64,000 nucleotides of DNA, taken from assembly GCA_934141535.1 (NCBI GenBank), contig CAKPCH010000004.1, forward strand, positions 56,755 to 120,754. Direction: 5' to 3'. Below are positions 39,402-48,369 of the stretch, piece by piece. Within the stretch, counting starts at the first letter, position 1. Each line of letters begins with the position of its first letter. The stretch comes from an uncultured Bacilli bacterium. Lineage in GTDB: Bacteria > Bacillota_I > Bacilli_A > RF39 > UBA660. Below the pieces are notes generated by a model that had not been told where the DNA came from, ran no database searches, and saw nothing but the letters and a program-made list of their open reading frames with translations. Position numbers and translations under genes: made by a program.

Positions 39402-40388
39402 TTAACCTAACATAGATTTTGAAATTGTTATAACTGGACGAAGACCATAGTTGTCAGAATTGTTGACTTCGTCGCGATTGCTAAAGTAACCATTATAGTA
39501 AACGCCCCACGCGTAGTAAGAGTAATCATCAGTAGGAGTTGTTGTCCAATATCCATATACTGGATGGGTTGTATCTTTTAAATTATCATATAACCATATT
39601 AGTAAAGCTCCTCCTTTATTGCCCGCTGCTATATATATTTGATCTTTTGTTGGAAAACTTACTTCTACTCCATTTTTATTAAATATACTCTTTATATGTC
39701 CTAAATAATCTTTGCCTTCTACAGCATTACTTCCTATTGCTGTTATATTTTTACAAGTTGTATTGATTATGCTTCCATCTGTACACCAAGCTACTCCTGA
39801 TGGCACATATGAATCCACAAAGTTTTCTTTCATGATTAAACTTACTGTATCTGTATTGTTTTCTAGTACAAAGAATGTATTTGTGTAACTATCTCCAACC
39901 TTGCATGTGTATTCATCACCATATGCATAACTTCCTGTTGGCACGTTCCCTGTTGTTGCTGTAGTTACTGCTGTACATACTGGATTGAATTGCTCTATTT
40001 TTCCATTATTATATGAATATGCTGCATCTGATACCTTAAAATTTGAAATACCTGTTATTTTCCCATTCGATAATAATATCTTACTACCTACATCTGGAGT
40101 TATTCCATTAATTTCTATTTTAATATAATCAGTAGTTCCATCACATTTTAATCCTTCACTTTCTACTACACATTCTGTTGGATTAAAGTTTGCCCCTGGA
40201 TGTACCATATTATATCTAGCTATCTCATTTTTTACTTGATCTAAATATAATTCTATACTTCTTTCTGTTGAATTATTTTTACTATCCTTTATTATATTTA
40301 ACACTACTGGTGTAGCTATTAATGCGATAATTGCAAGTATTACGATGACTGCTAATAACTCTATTAATGTAAAACCTTTATTTTTCAT
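39402..40388 (-). CDS. Type IV prepilin-like protein with a Cys-containing C-terminal globular domain (paralogous to 32431-34587)
   Basis: MKNKGFTLIELLAVIVILAIIALIA is a class III (prepilin peptidase) leader/methylation motif; C-terminal domain CTAVTTATTGNVP ... YGLRPVITISKS. Confidence 0.7.
   Translation of the reverse strand: MKNKGFTLIELLAVIVILAIIALIATPVVLNIIKDSKNNSTERSIELYLDQVKNEIARYNMVHPGANFNPTECVVESEGLKCDGTTDYIKIEINGITPDVGSKILLSNGKITGISNFKVSDAAYSYNNGKIEQFNPVCTAVTTATTGNVPTGSYAYGDEYTCKVGDSYTNTFFVLENNTDTVSLIMKENFVDSYVPSGVAWCTDGSIINTTCKNITAIGSNAVEGKDYLGHIKSIFNKNGVEVSFPTKDQIYIAAGNKGGALLIWLYDNLKDTTHPVYGYWTTTPTDDYSYYAWGVYYNGYFSNRDEVNNSDNYGLRPVITISKSMLG
39640..39990. repeat. DNA-level repeat (copy B), about 85% identical to 33880-34240
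   Basis: See copy A; the same conserved blocks in the same order on the same strand. Confidence 0.7.
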
Positions 40389-40439
40389 TTCATAAATCCC
40401 TCTTTCTACTATAGTAATAGTATACTATCAATCAAAAGA

Positions 40440-40486
40440 AAAAACAAGTAATATTTTCAAAAATTCACTTGAAAATTACTTGTATA
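40440..40486 (-). terminator. Terminator-like inverted repeat upstream of the prepilin-like gene, related in sequence to the element at 34697-34750
   Basis: On the minus strand: caagtaa-N24-ttacttg followed by tttttcttttg. The left arm plus loop (aaaacaagtaatatttt.aaaaatt) matches the 34714-34740 element at 25 of 26 positions. Confidence 0.45.
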
Positions 40487-40903
40487 TTATCTTTTATATC
40501 TTCTAATTTTTTCTACATCACTTCTATGTAGTACTTCATCATTTTTTATATTAAATTTTAACATACTATTAAATTCTTTTATAGCTTCATTAGTATTACA
40601 ACTATACATAACATCATCTTCTACATTATATAATGAATAAATTTTATTTACTTCTAGTACTCCTGTTTTTTCATTTACTCTAGATGAATATATTATAACT
40701 TTACCATTTTTATAAGCTATATTAATAGGATCTAATTCTTTATAATATCTTCCTATAAATTTTACTACACCATTTATTCTAGTAGTTACATCATAAAATC
40801 TATTTCCTCTTTTTTCATATTCTTGAATAGTTACACTATCATTTTTATTTATCATAGCTGTTATTGAATATGGCACTGGTTTGCATTCGTTTATATCGTT
40901 CAT
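40487..40903 (-). CDS. Hypothetical protein
   Basis: 138-aa ORF with RBS aaggagag; no motif recognised. Confidence 0.4.
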   Translation of the reverse strand: MNDINECKPVPYSITAMINKNDSVTIQEYEKRGNRFYDVTTRINGVVKFIGRYYKELDPINIAYKNGKVIIYSSRVNEKTGVLEVNKIYSLYNVEDDVMYSCNTNEAIKEFNSMLKFNIKNDEVLHRSDVEKIRRYKR

Positions 40904-40906
40904 AAA

Positions 40907-41911
40907 TTACTCTCCTTTTAAAACGCTTTCATAAATACTTATCAACTTCTTGCCAACCTTTTTTATATCTTTGGTTTGTGCTACTTTATATGCTTCTTCT
41001 GTTAAATTTGGTAGCTTACCTTCTAATATATCTTTTATTTTTTCTTCAAATTCATCTATTGTTTTTGCTTTATATACATTTACATTATCTTTCATCCAAG
41101 GTGAAAATACTGGTATATCTCTTATAAGTGCTGGTATTTTGGCAGCACATGCTTCAAGTATTGGAATTCCTTCTGTTTCTTCTAATGTTGGAAATAAATA
41201 TAAATCACATCCACTATATGCCCCTCTTAATATTTCAGGCTCTACATATCCAGCAAATACTAAATTAGGTAACTTAGTATTAATAGCATCTCTTATTTTT
41301 TTAGGACTTGCTGATAATGGTGAATATCCAAACCATATAAATTTATACTCTGGTAATCTTTTTGCTAATTCTACAAAGTCTAATATACCTTTTCTTTCTA
41401 TATATAATCCTACACCCATTATAACTTTATCAGTATTTTTATAATTATATTTTTTTCTAAACTTTTTACCTAATTCATCATCATGTTTAAAAAATTCTAC
41501 ATTAATACCATTACTAATATCAGTTATTGGAACTTTTATTCCATAACCTTCTAATAGTTTTTTAGAATATGGAGTTGGTGTTAGAATATGATCTCCTAGA
41601 CTGTAGCACTTAATTATCCATTTTTTAAATAGAGGCGCTACAGCATTTGAGAATATAAAAGAATTTCTAAAATCTTCTTCAGTTGAATGAGCATGATAAA
41701 TAACTTTTTTACCTTTTTTTCTAGCACTTTTAGCAAGCCTATATGATTTTGGTCCATATGTGTTTATATGTACTATATCATAATCATCATGTATATCTCT
41801 AGTATAAGGTATATTATTTTCTTCTAATGCATTCATCTGATGTCTAACTGCTTTACCAAGCCCTGATTTTCTATTCATTTTTTCAAATTCTGAATAAAGT
41901 AACACTTTCAT
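40907..41911 (-). CDS. GT4-family (GT-B fold) glycosyltransferase
   Basis: C-terminal EGIPILEACAAKIPALIRDIP (E-x7-E-type retaining GT4 signature). Start at MKVLLYSEF after the ggtga RBS. Confidence 0.75.
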   Translation of the reverse strand: MKVLLYSEFEKMNRKSGLGKAVRHQMNALEENNIPYTRDIHDDYDIVHINTYGPKSYRLAKSARKKGKKVIYHAHSTEEDFRNSFIFSNAVAPLFKKWIIKCYSLGDHILTPTPYSKKLLEGYGIKVPITDISNGINVEFFKHDDELGKKFRKKYNYKNTDKVIMGVGLYIERKGILDFVELAKRLPEYKFIWFGYSPLSASPKKIRDAINTKLPNLVFAGYVEPEILRGAYSGCDLYLFPTLEETEGIPILEACAAKIPALIRDIPVFSPWMKDNVNVYKAKTIDEFEEKIKDILEGKLPNLTEEAYKVAQTKDIKKVGKKLISIYESVLKGE

Positions 41912-42120
41912 TAAATCACCAAATTTAGTATAACACATTTTTTATTATTTGTTAACCCGTTTGCTTTTTTTTACACCAATCATACTTAAGCGATTACCTA
42001 ATAACCTTGTATAACAAAAAATAGATTAATTCAATTGTAATTTAAGATGTCAATATTGATTAGCATATCAATAGAAGTGACTTATTTAATAGAAATTTTT
42101 AACAGTCTCCACCTAACAAT

Positions 42121-43371
42121 TTATAATGACCAATAAATTACATCACTCTCAAATTTATAATCTTTGTATATTGAATACAAATCTAATATTATTTTTTTAG
42201 AACATTTTTTATTAAAGTAGCTCATTATTTTTTCTTTATTCATACTTCTGTATTTATCATGTGGAACTGCGATTATCAGTATATCCAAATCTTGCAATTT
42301 CTCGTAATTATTAAAATAGGTATTTTTGTCAAATAACATATAATCCGAAATCCTACAATCATAATTTTGTTTTTTTAACTCACGATAGATTATATCAACC
42401 TTAGTATTTCTAACATCATCTGAATTTGCCTTATAAGAATAACCTAAAATTCCTACCTTAATATTGTTATTGTTTTTTATATCAGCTACCATCTCATTCA
42501 AACTATTTACTATAAATAAAGGAATATTCTCGTTTGTTTTTCTTGCTTGTTTTACTATATTCATATTATATCCATATTTGTTTCCTAAATCAATAAGATA
42601 ATACGGATCGATGCCAATACAATGACCTCCAACTAAGCCTGGAAGAACGTCAACAAAATTCCACTTTGTTTTTGCGGTTTCTAAAACATCTATTGTTGAT
42701 ATCTTCATTAAATGGCACAATTGTGAGACTTCATTAACAAATGCAATATTTAAATCCCTCTGAGAATTTTCAATAATTTTTGACAGTTCTGCGACTTTTA
42801 TGCAACTAGCTCTATACAAACTAACATTAGATATTAAACTGTATAATTTTTCAACTTGGTCTAAAACAAAATTATTTTGCGCTGAGATAACTTTAGTAAC
42901 AGAATTAATAGTATGAAGATTATCAGATGGGTTTATTCTTTCAGGAGAATATCCAACAAAAAAATCGACATTATTCTTTAACCCACTATATTTTTCTAAT
43001 AATGGAATGCATATATTTTCTGTTACGCCAGGATAATAAGAAGATTCAAATATTATTAGTGAATTTTTTTTAAAATTATACCCTATTGTTCTACAGGCTT
43101 CAATAACAAATTCCAAATTTGGTCTATTATTATCGTATACAGGCGTTGGGACTGTAACTATGATTGCATCTGACTTGCCAATACATTTGTCATTATAAGT
43201 ATAAACAATATTACAGTTTTTATTATTTTTGCTTAAAGTTTTAATTTTATCATTATCAATATCATATGCAAACACTTTTTTAGTTTTAGCAAATTCATTT
43301 ATTAAAGGTTGTCCAACATATCCAACACCAACTACTGTTATTGTAAAATTATTATCTCCTATTTCTTTCAT
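42121..43371 (-). CDS. NDP-sugar (UDP-glucose/UDP-N-acetylhexosamine) 6-dehydrogenase family protein
   Basis: N-terminal ITVVGVGYVGQPL Rossmann motif and a catalytic-Cys context (GGHCIGIDPYY); 416 aa. Confidence 0.8.
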   Translation of the reverse strand: MKEIGDNNFTITVVGVGYVGQPLINEFAKTKKVFAYDIDNDKIKTLSKNNKNCNIVYTYNDKCIGKSDAIIVTVPTPVYDNNRPNLEFVIEACRTIGYNFKKNSLIIFESSYYPGVTENICIPLLEKYSGLKNNVDFFVGYSPERINPSDNLHTINSVTKVISAQNNFVLDQVEKLYSLISNVSLYRASCIKVAELSKIIENSQRDLNIAFVNEVSQLCHLMKISTIDVLETAKTKWNFVDVLPGLVGGHCIGIDPYYLIDLGNKYGYNMNIVKQARKTNENIPLFIVNSLNEMVADIKNNNNIKVGILGYSYKANSDDVRNTKVDIIYRELKKQNYDCRISDYMLFDKNTYFNNYEKLQDLDILIIAVPHDKYRSMNKEKIMSYFNKKCSKKIILDLYSIYKDYKFESDVIYWSL

Positions 43372-43372
43372 A

Positions 43373-44191
43373 TTATCCCATCACTTTCAACAAAGGAGCA
43401 AGATACTTCTCACTTCCATAATTAATACCATTATAATCTTTAGCATTTCCATGATAATCCGTCCCTGCCGTTTTTATACAATCGATAAAAAGACTGTTTG
43501 TATCCAAATAATTACTAAATTCAATTGAATTTTTAGGATTAATGACTTCCAATCCATTTAATCCATAGTTTAAAAAAACTTTTACAATTGATTCAAATTC
43601 AATAATAGATGAACATTGATTTAAAAGTGTCATGGGATGAGCTAAAACAATTATAGAATTAAGTGATTTCAATATGTCAATTGTTTCTTTAACTTGTAAT
43701 TTCTTTTGAACTATATATGACTGACTTCTAGAACCAATAAAGTTTTTATAAATAAAATCAACATCATCAACATTAAATTTTTCTAATAATATTTTGGCTA
43801 TAATCCGTTTATTTAACAGATCTTTTGTGTACTTTTTTATGTCATTATCATCAATAACAATTCCATATTTATATTCTAATATTTTTATAGCAGCCCTACA
43901 AATGTAATCATTTTCTAACTTTATTTGTCTTAAATATCCATTAAGTTTTTTTAAATCATTAACTCCATATGCTAACAAATGAATACTTTTGTTATTATAA
44001 TTACAATCAATTTCAATACCGTTTATTATAGTTATATTATTGTATAATGATGTTACACTCTCGCATATGTTATGATCAGTAAAAGATAAATACAATATAT
44101 TATTGTCTAATGCTGTTTTAATTAAATCGTCTCTACTTGAAATACCATCACTTAATGTACTATGAACATGTAAATCAAAATTTATAGACAT
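43373..44191 (-). CDS. PHP-domain metal-dependent phosphoesterase
   Basis: FDLHVHSTLSDG N-terminal PHP motif, internal ... AHP ... and GTDYHG. Start placed at MSINFDLHVHS. Confidence 0.7.
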   Translation of the reverse strand: MSINFDLHVHSTLSDGISSRDDLIKTALDNNILYLSFTDHNICESVTSLYNNITIINGIEIDCNYNNKSIHLLAYGVNDLKKLNGYLRQIKLENDYICRAAIKILEYKYGIVIDDNDIKKYTKDLLNKRIIAKILLEKFNVDDVDFIYKNFIGSRSQSYIVQKKLQVKETIDILKSLNSIIVLAHPMTLLNQCSSIIEFESIVKVFLNYGLNGLEVINPKNSIEFSNYLDTNSLFIDCIKTAGTDYHGNAKDYNGINYGSEKYLAPLLKVMG

Positions 44192-44630
44192 TTTTACACA
44201 ACCTTTCATTTAATTCCCAAAGTGCATTTTTATTGCTATCCCATTCAAACATTTTCATTGCATCACTATAATTAACCCATTTAAAAGATTTATGTTCTTC
44301 AGATATTTTTATTTTGGCATCATCCACACAAACACCAAATGAATATTCTTTTACGATATATGTTTCTTTTTCAAACTTTGTACCTGAAATATTAATTGAA
44401 GGCATGCTAGCAAATGATGATAATTTTACTAAATTTGTGTTGTATGGAATATTACCTTCTTCATACATTTCCCTTCGTGCAGCCTGTTCTATACTTTCAC
44501 TGTCCTCTACTCCACCAGCTATTCCTTGCCATACATTTAAATCCTCTCTTAAAAATAAACAATATTCAATACAATTTAATTTTGTATTCATTCTATATGG
44601 AATAACTAAAACTTGTATTGGCTTCCTCAC
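44175..44630 (-). CDS. Nudix hydrolase, NudB-like (dihydroneopterin triphosphate pyrophosphatase-like), copy 2
   Basis: Nudix box GGVEDSESIEQAARREMYEEGNI (Gx5Ex7REUxEExGU). Layout and C-terminal ALWELN segment resemble NudB; about 45% identical to 48370-48819. Confidence 0.65.
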   Translation of the reverse strand: MRKPIQVLVIPYRMNTKLNCIEYCLFLREDLNVWQGIAGGVEDSESIEQAARREMYEEGNIPYNTNLVKLSSFASMPSINISGTKFEKETYIVKEYSFGVCVDDAKIKISEEHKSFKWVNYSDAMKMFEWDSNKNALWELNERLCKNVYKF

Positions 44631-45585
44631 TATTAACCTCCTTAATGATATTTATAACACTATTTTTCTTACTTAATAGCCACTTTATCATTTCAAATTT
44701 GTATTTTGCATAACTAATATCATCATCGACATCAAGACAGTAAAGGCTATTTAAGGATATATAGTTAAATAAATTCAAGCCATCTAATAAGTATTCATTA
44801 GTAATATAATAAACATTTTTATATCCCTCAAGAAAATTTTTAATATTATATAAAATTTTTGTATCATCAAAATTTTTATCATAACATATCATACTAATTG
44901 CACGATATATTTCATATTGTAAAGGAAAAATGCAAGTTTGGTCTAAATCTAGACACACTAATTTATTTGTTTTGATAATGTTATCAAGGTAAAAATCGCC
45001 GTGCACAATTTTATTGTTATATTTTAAATAAATTTGTTCAATACTCCTAAAGTCAACTTTTTTTAATAGTTTTAACTTTGACCTTAAAATTTGAATTGCC
45101 TCTGTGTTACCTGTTTTTACATGCAAACTAATTAAATTATTAATTCTATCTATATTGGGAGTGGTCATATTTAAATTTTTTGTATCATAGTTTTTGATAT
45201 TTTTAATAATAGATGAATTTAGGGTTTTATGTATATTCCCAAGCAACTCTCCTAGTTTATACTGCTCTTGAGAACCCAATCTTTGTTTATTCAAATGTAG
45301 ACCATCAATATATTCATATAAAACGTAATATTTATCATTATATGTAAAATATGTTCTACCATCTATTGTAAAAATAATCTTGGCTGATAAATTATTGCTC
45401 GATAAAATATTTTGAACAACATTTATAAACTCAAGCCTATTTAACTTATCAACAGCCATTTCTTTTAATAGATATTTCCTATCTTTTGTAGTTAATATCC
45501 ACTTTTTGCAAGCATATCCTAATGATAAAGGCTGTTTTTCTATTATAAAAATATTATAAAAATCATTAATAATTTTATTTTTCAT
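44593..45585 (-). CDS. APH-fold small-molecule kinase (aminoglycoside/choline/sugar-kinase phosphotransferase family)
   Basis: HGDFYLDNII (HGD catalytic loop) and DLDQTCIFP (DxD metal-binding). RBS gggaga; overlaps the DegT stop by 11 nt. Confidence 0.65.
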   Translation of the reverse strand: MKNKIINDFYNIFIIEKQPLSLGYACKKWILTTKDRKYLLKEMAVDKLNRLEFINVVQNILSSNNLSAKIIFTIDGRTYFTYNDKYYVLYEYIDGLHLNKQRLGSQEQYKLGELLGNIHKTLNSSIIKNIKNYDTKNLNMTTPNIDRINNLISLHVKTGNTEAIQILRSKLKLLKKVDFRSIEQIYLKYNNKIVHGDFYLDNIIKTNKLVCLDLDQTCIFPLQYEIYRAISMICYDKNFDDTKILYNIKNFLEGYKNVYYITNEYLLDGLNLFNYISLNSLYCLDVDDDISYAKYKFEMIKWLLSKKNSVINIIKEVNSEEANTSFSYSI

Positions 45586-46744
45586 TTAATTCTCCCAAAA
45601 CTTCATATAATGATTTAACAAATGAATTACATATATATTGATTATCTTTTTTAGACATGTTGAAATGAATGGGTAAGTTTATTATTCTCCCACCTAATTC
45701 ACGCGAAATGTTTTTATATTTAGTATCTATATGTTCATCAACATATTTATGAATCATAAATGTGGGTTCATTAGCAACGGTAGTTTTTATTTGATACTTT
45801 TCTTCTAAAATTTTCATAATTTTATTTCTGCTGTTTCTAGTAAACATATCATTTAATATGATAGTATAATAGGTATAAATATGATAGTAAATTTCATCAA
45901 AAACTGGCAAAGAAAAATATTTGCTATACTTTTTTAACATATTATTTCTTTGAAGTGCTACTTTACGTCTTTTTTTGTTATATTTATCAATTTTTTTTAA
46001 TTGTGATATACCCACGCTGGATTGAACTTTTGATAATTTATAATTCGAGCCCCAAGCATCCATTTTTCTTCCACCAAATTCTCTTCTTTTTTTCATTTTT
46101 TCATAATATTCATAATTATTCGTTAAAATCATACCGCCTTCTCCAAGAGTGGATATGTTTTTTTTGCTTTGAAAGCTAAAAACTGATATATCTCCCAAGC
46201 AACCGACTTTCTTTTTATCATAAGATGCACCACAACATCTAGCGACATCTTCTATTATAACGATATTAGAATCATATTTTTTTATAATATTAATAATTTT
46301 ATTCATATCAGCAGATACACCATTCATATGTGTAACAACAACTGCCCTGGTATTTTTTGTTAAATTATTTTTGATTGAATTTGCCGAAATATTTAAAGTT
46401 TTATCATCAACATCACATAATACTAATTTTGCTGGAGTTGACAATATTGATAAATGTGTACCATAGAAATTTATTGCAGATGATATGACTTCATCATTTG
46501 GTTTTAATTCAAGAACTTGCATTGCAATATCAATGCCACTATTACAACCGTTTACAGATAATGCATATTTTTTCCCTATATATTCTGAAAATTTTTTTTC
46601 AAATTCTACGCGATAATCAATGGTATCACATACTTTCCAGTTGCATAAACTATGCATCGACTTAATAACATATATATAGTCAGTTATGGTATATTTAAAA
46701 TTTGGAGGTTGAGACTGATAACTTTTTTTCACTATTAAACACAT
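45575..46744 (-). CDS. DegT/DnrJ/EryC1/StrS-family PLP-dependent sugar aminotransferase/dehydratase
   Basis: YALSVNGCNSGIDIAMQVL, DEVISSAINF, and the SFQSKKNIS region (PLP-binding Lys in SxxxxK context); 389 aa. Confidence 0.75.
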   Translation of the reverse strand: MCLIVKKSYQSQPPNFKYTITDYIYVIKSMHSLCNWKVCDTIDYRVEFEKKFSEYIGKKYALSVNGCNSGIDIAMQVLELKPNDEVISSAINFYGTHLSILSTPAKLVLCDVDDKTLNISANSIKNNLTKNTRAVVVTHMNGVSADMNKIINIIKKYDSNIVIIEDVARCCGASYDKKKVGCLGDISVFSFQSKKNISTLGEGGMILTNNYEYYEKMKKRREFGGRKMDAWGSNYKLSKVQSSVGISQLKKIDKYNKKRRKVALQRNNMLKKYSKYFSLPVFDEIYYHIYTYYTIILNDMFTRNSRNKIMKILEEKYQIKTTVANEPTFMIHKYVDEHIDTKYKNISRELGGRIINLPIHFNMSKKDNQYICNSFVKSLYEVLGELNEK

Positions 46745-46784
46745 CCTTTTAAAATTTAAACAATTTTACTATTTAGCCTATTAT

Positions 46785-47756
46785 TTAGTTACTATAATTA
46801 GAAAATATGTTGCTTTTATGCACTAATATTTTTGCGGTAGATAAATAAAAATCACTTTGATGGTCATTAAATTTCAATAATTCATTCAGAAAAAATTGTT
46901 CCTTAGATATAGCTGAAATGTGTTGTCTTTCTATTTGCGATATAATTTCCTCTACATCCAACAACTCATTAAAAACTTGCATGCTATTTTTTTTGTCATA
47001 ACATGTAACAATAATTTCAGAAAGTTCTGCTTTTGAAACGAATTTACAATTAAAGGCATTAAGTAAATTAAAAACAGTCAAATTGAGTTTTTTGGAATCC
47101 AGGCAATTGTCAGCATTTTTTTGATATAATTCTTTATCAATATACGGTAATATAAGGTTCTTAAGATTATAATTTAATTCTAATGTTGGATATCTTAAAC
47201 CTAGATTAGAAGGAAAACCATATACAATTAATTTTCCATTATAATATCTTAATCCTATTCTATCATTTCCCATATAATCATATTTTTTGGATAATAAATA
47301 AAATAATAAATTTGTCGTTTTACCACTACCACTATTGCCAATAAAAACAGTTGCTTTATTTGTTTTTTTATTTACCACTGATGCCCCATGAACAAAATAA
47401 ATTCCAATATCTTCATAATATTTGGCAAAAATATCTATTATTATTCTCTTTAGATTAAGACAATGATCTGCATTAAAATGATCATAAATAAATTTAATAT
47501 TATTTTTTTTATTTGAAAAAATCAATGTATTTGGCGCCATAATAAAACATTTATTTTTAGAATATTCAATTGTTTCTTCAGCAACAATATCAAGAGTAAC
47601 TAATTCAGTTGGAATGTTTTTCTCATTATAATCACTAATAACAAAACACCCATTAAAATGTTGAGACATTTTTGTATTAAGATTGGGTACACTTGTTTTA
47701 ATTATTATTTTTAGCCCATCTTTAAATATTTCATAGCAGTTCATTTTAAGCTTCAT
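46785..47756 (-). CDS. HPr kinase C-terminal-domain-like P-loop protein
   Basis: HGASVVNKKTNKATVFIGNSGSGKTT resembles the HprK/P C-domain (H-G ... GxSGxGKS/T). Confidence 0.4.
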   Translation of the reverse strand: MKLKMNCYEIFKDGLKIIIKTSVPNLNTKMSQHFNGCFVISDYNEKNIPTELVTLDIVAEETIEYSKNKCFIMAPNTLIFSNKKNNIKFIYDHFNADHCLNLKRIIIDIFAKYYEDIGIYFVHGASVVNKKTNKATVFIGNSGSGKTTNLLFYLLSKKYDYMGNDRIGLRYYNGKLIVYGFPSNLGLRYPTLELNYNLKNLILPYIDKELYQKNADNCLDSKKLNLTVFNLLNAFNCKFVSKAELSEIIVTCYDKKNSMQVFNELLDVEEIISQIERQHISAISKEQFFLNELLKFNDHQSDFYLSTAKILVHKSNIFSNYSN

Positions 47757-47795
47757 TCCTTTCTATTCCATATATAAGCACACAAACAAGAAAAA

Positions 47796-48362
47796 CTACA
47801 AATGTTTTATTGTGTCCAACTTTGCCATCGACATATTACTTTGTGGCAATATTATATACTCATTATTAGGGTTAGATTTTATATAAGTTATATTATATTC
47901 TTTAAACAAATCCATATATTTCAAACTACGTTTTATACTTTCTAAATACTCTATATCTCCACGAGTTGTATCATACCAGTCTTTTTTTTTAACTCTTTCA
48001 AGTAAAACTTCCGTATCTGCTGTAACATATATTATATCAATACTAATGTCATTTAACTTTTCTTTAATTGTTTTAATAAAATTACCTCTTATGTCTGAAT
48101 TCTGTCCTTTGATCAAAATAATTATATCATTTTTTTGTGAACACAACAATATAATGTCATCTATCATTTCAATTCGTTTTTCAGTAATATTGTCAGTTTT
48201 ATTTTTTGATATATATTCAATACTTTTATCGAGAATAATTGTTTTTTTCAAATCAATATTTAAATTAGAATTTAATTTTTCATCTTTGCCATTATAGATG
48301 TACTTAATTAATGTTTCTTTGCCACTAGCACTACTGCCAAAAAACCAAATTAATCTATTCAT
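47796..48362 (-). CDS. Small P-loop kinase (NMP/sugar kinase-like, AAA_33-type)
   Basis: N-terminal WFFGSSASGKETL Walker A; 188 aa. Confidence 0.5.
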   Translation of the reverse strand: MNRLIWFFGSSASGKETLIKYIYNGKDEKLNSNLNIDLKKTIILDKSIEYISKNKTDNITEKRIEMIDDIILLCSQKNDIIILIKGQNSDIRGNFIKTIKEKLNDISIDIIYVTADTEVLLERVKKKDWYDTTRGDIEYLESIKRSLKYMDLFKEYNITYIKSNPNNEYIILPQSNMSMAKLDTIKHL

Positions 48363-48369
48363 TGCAATA

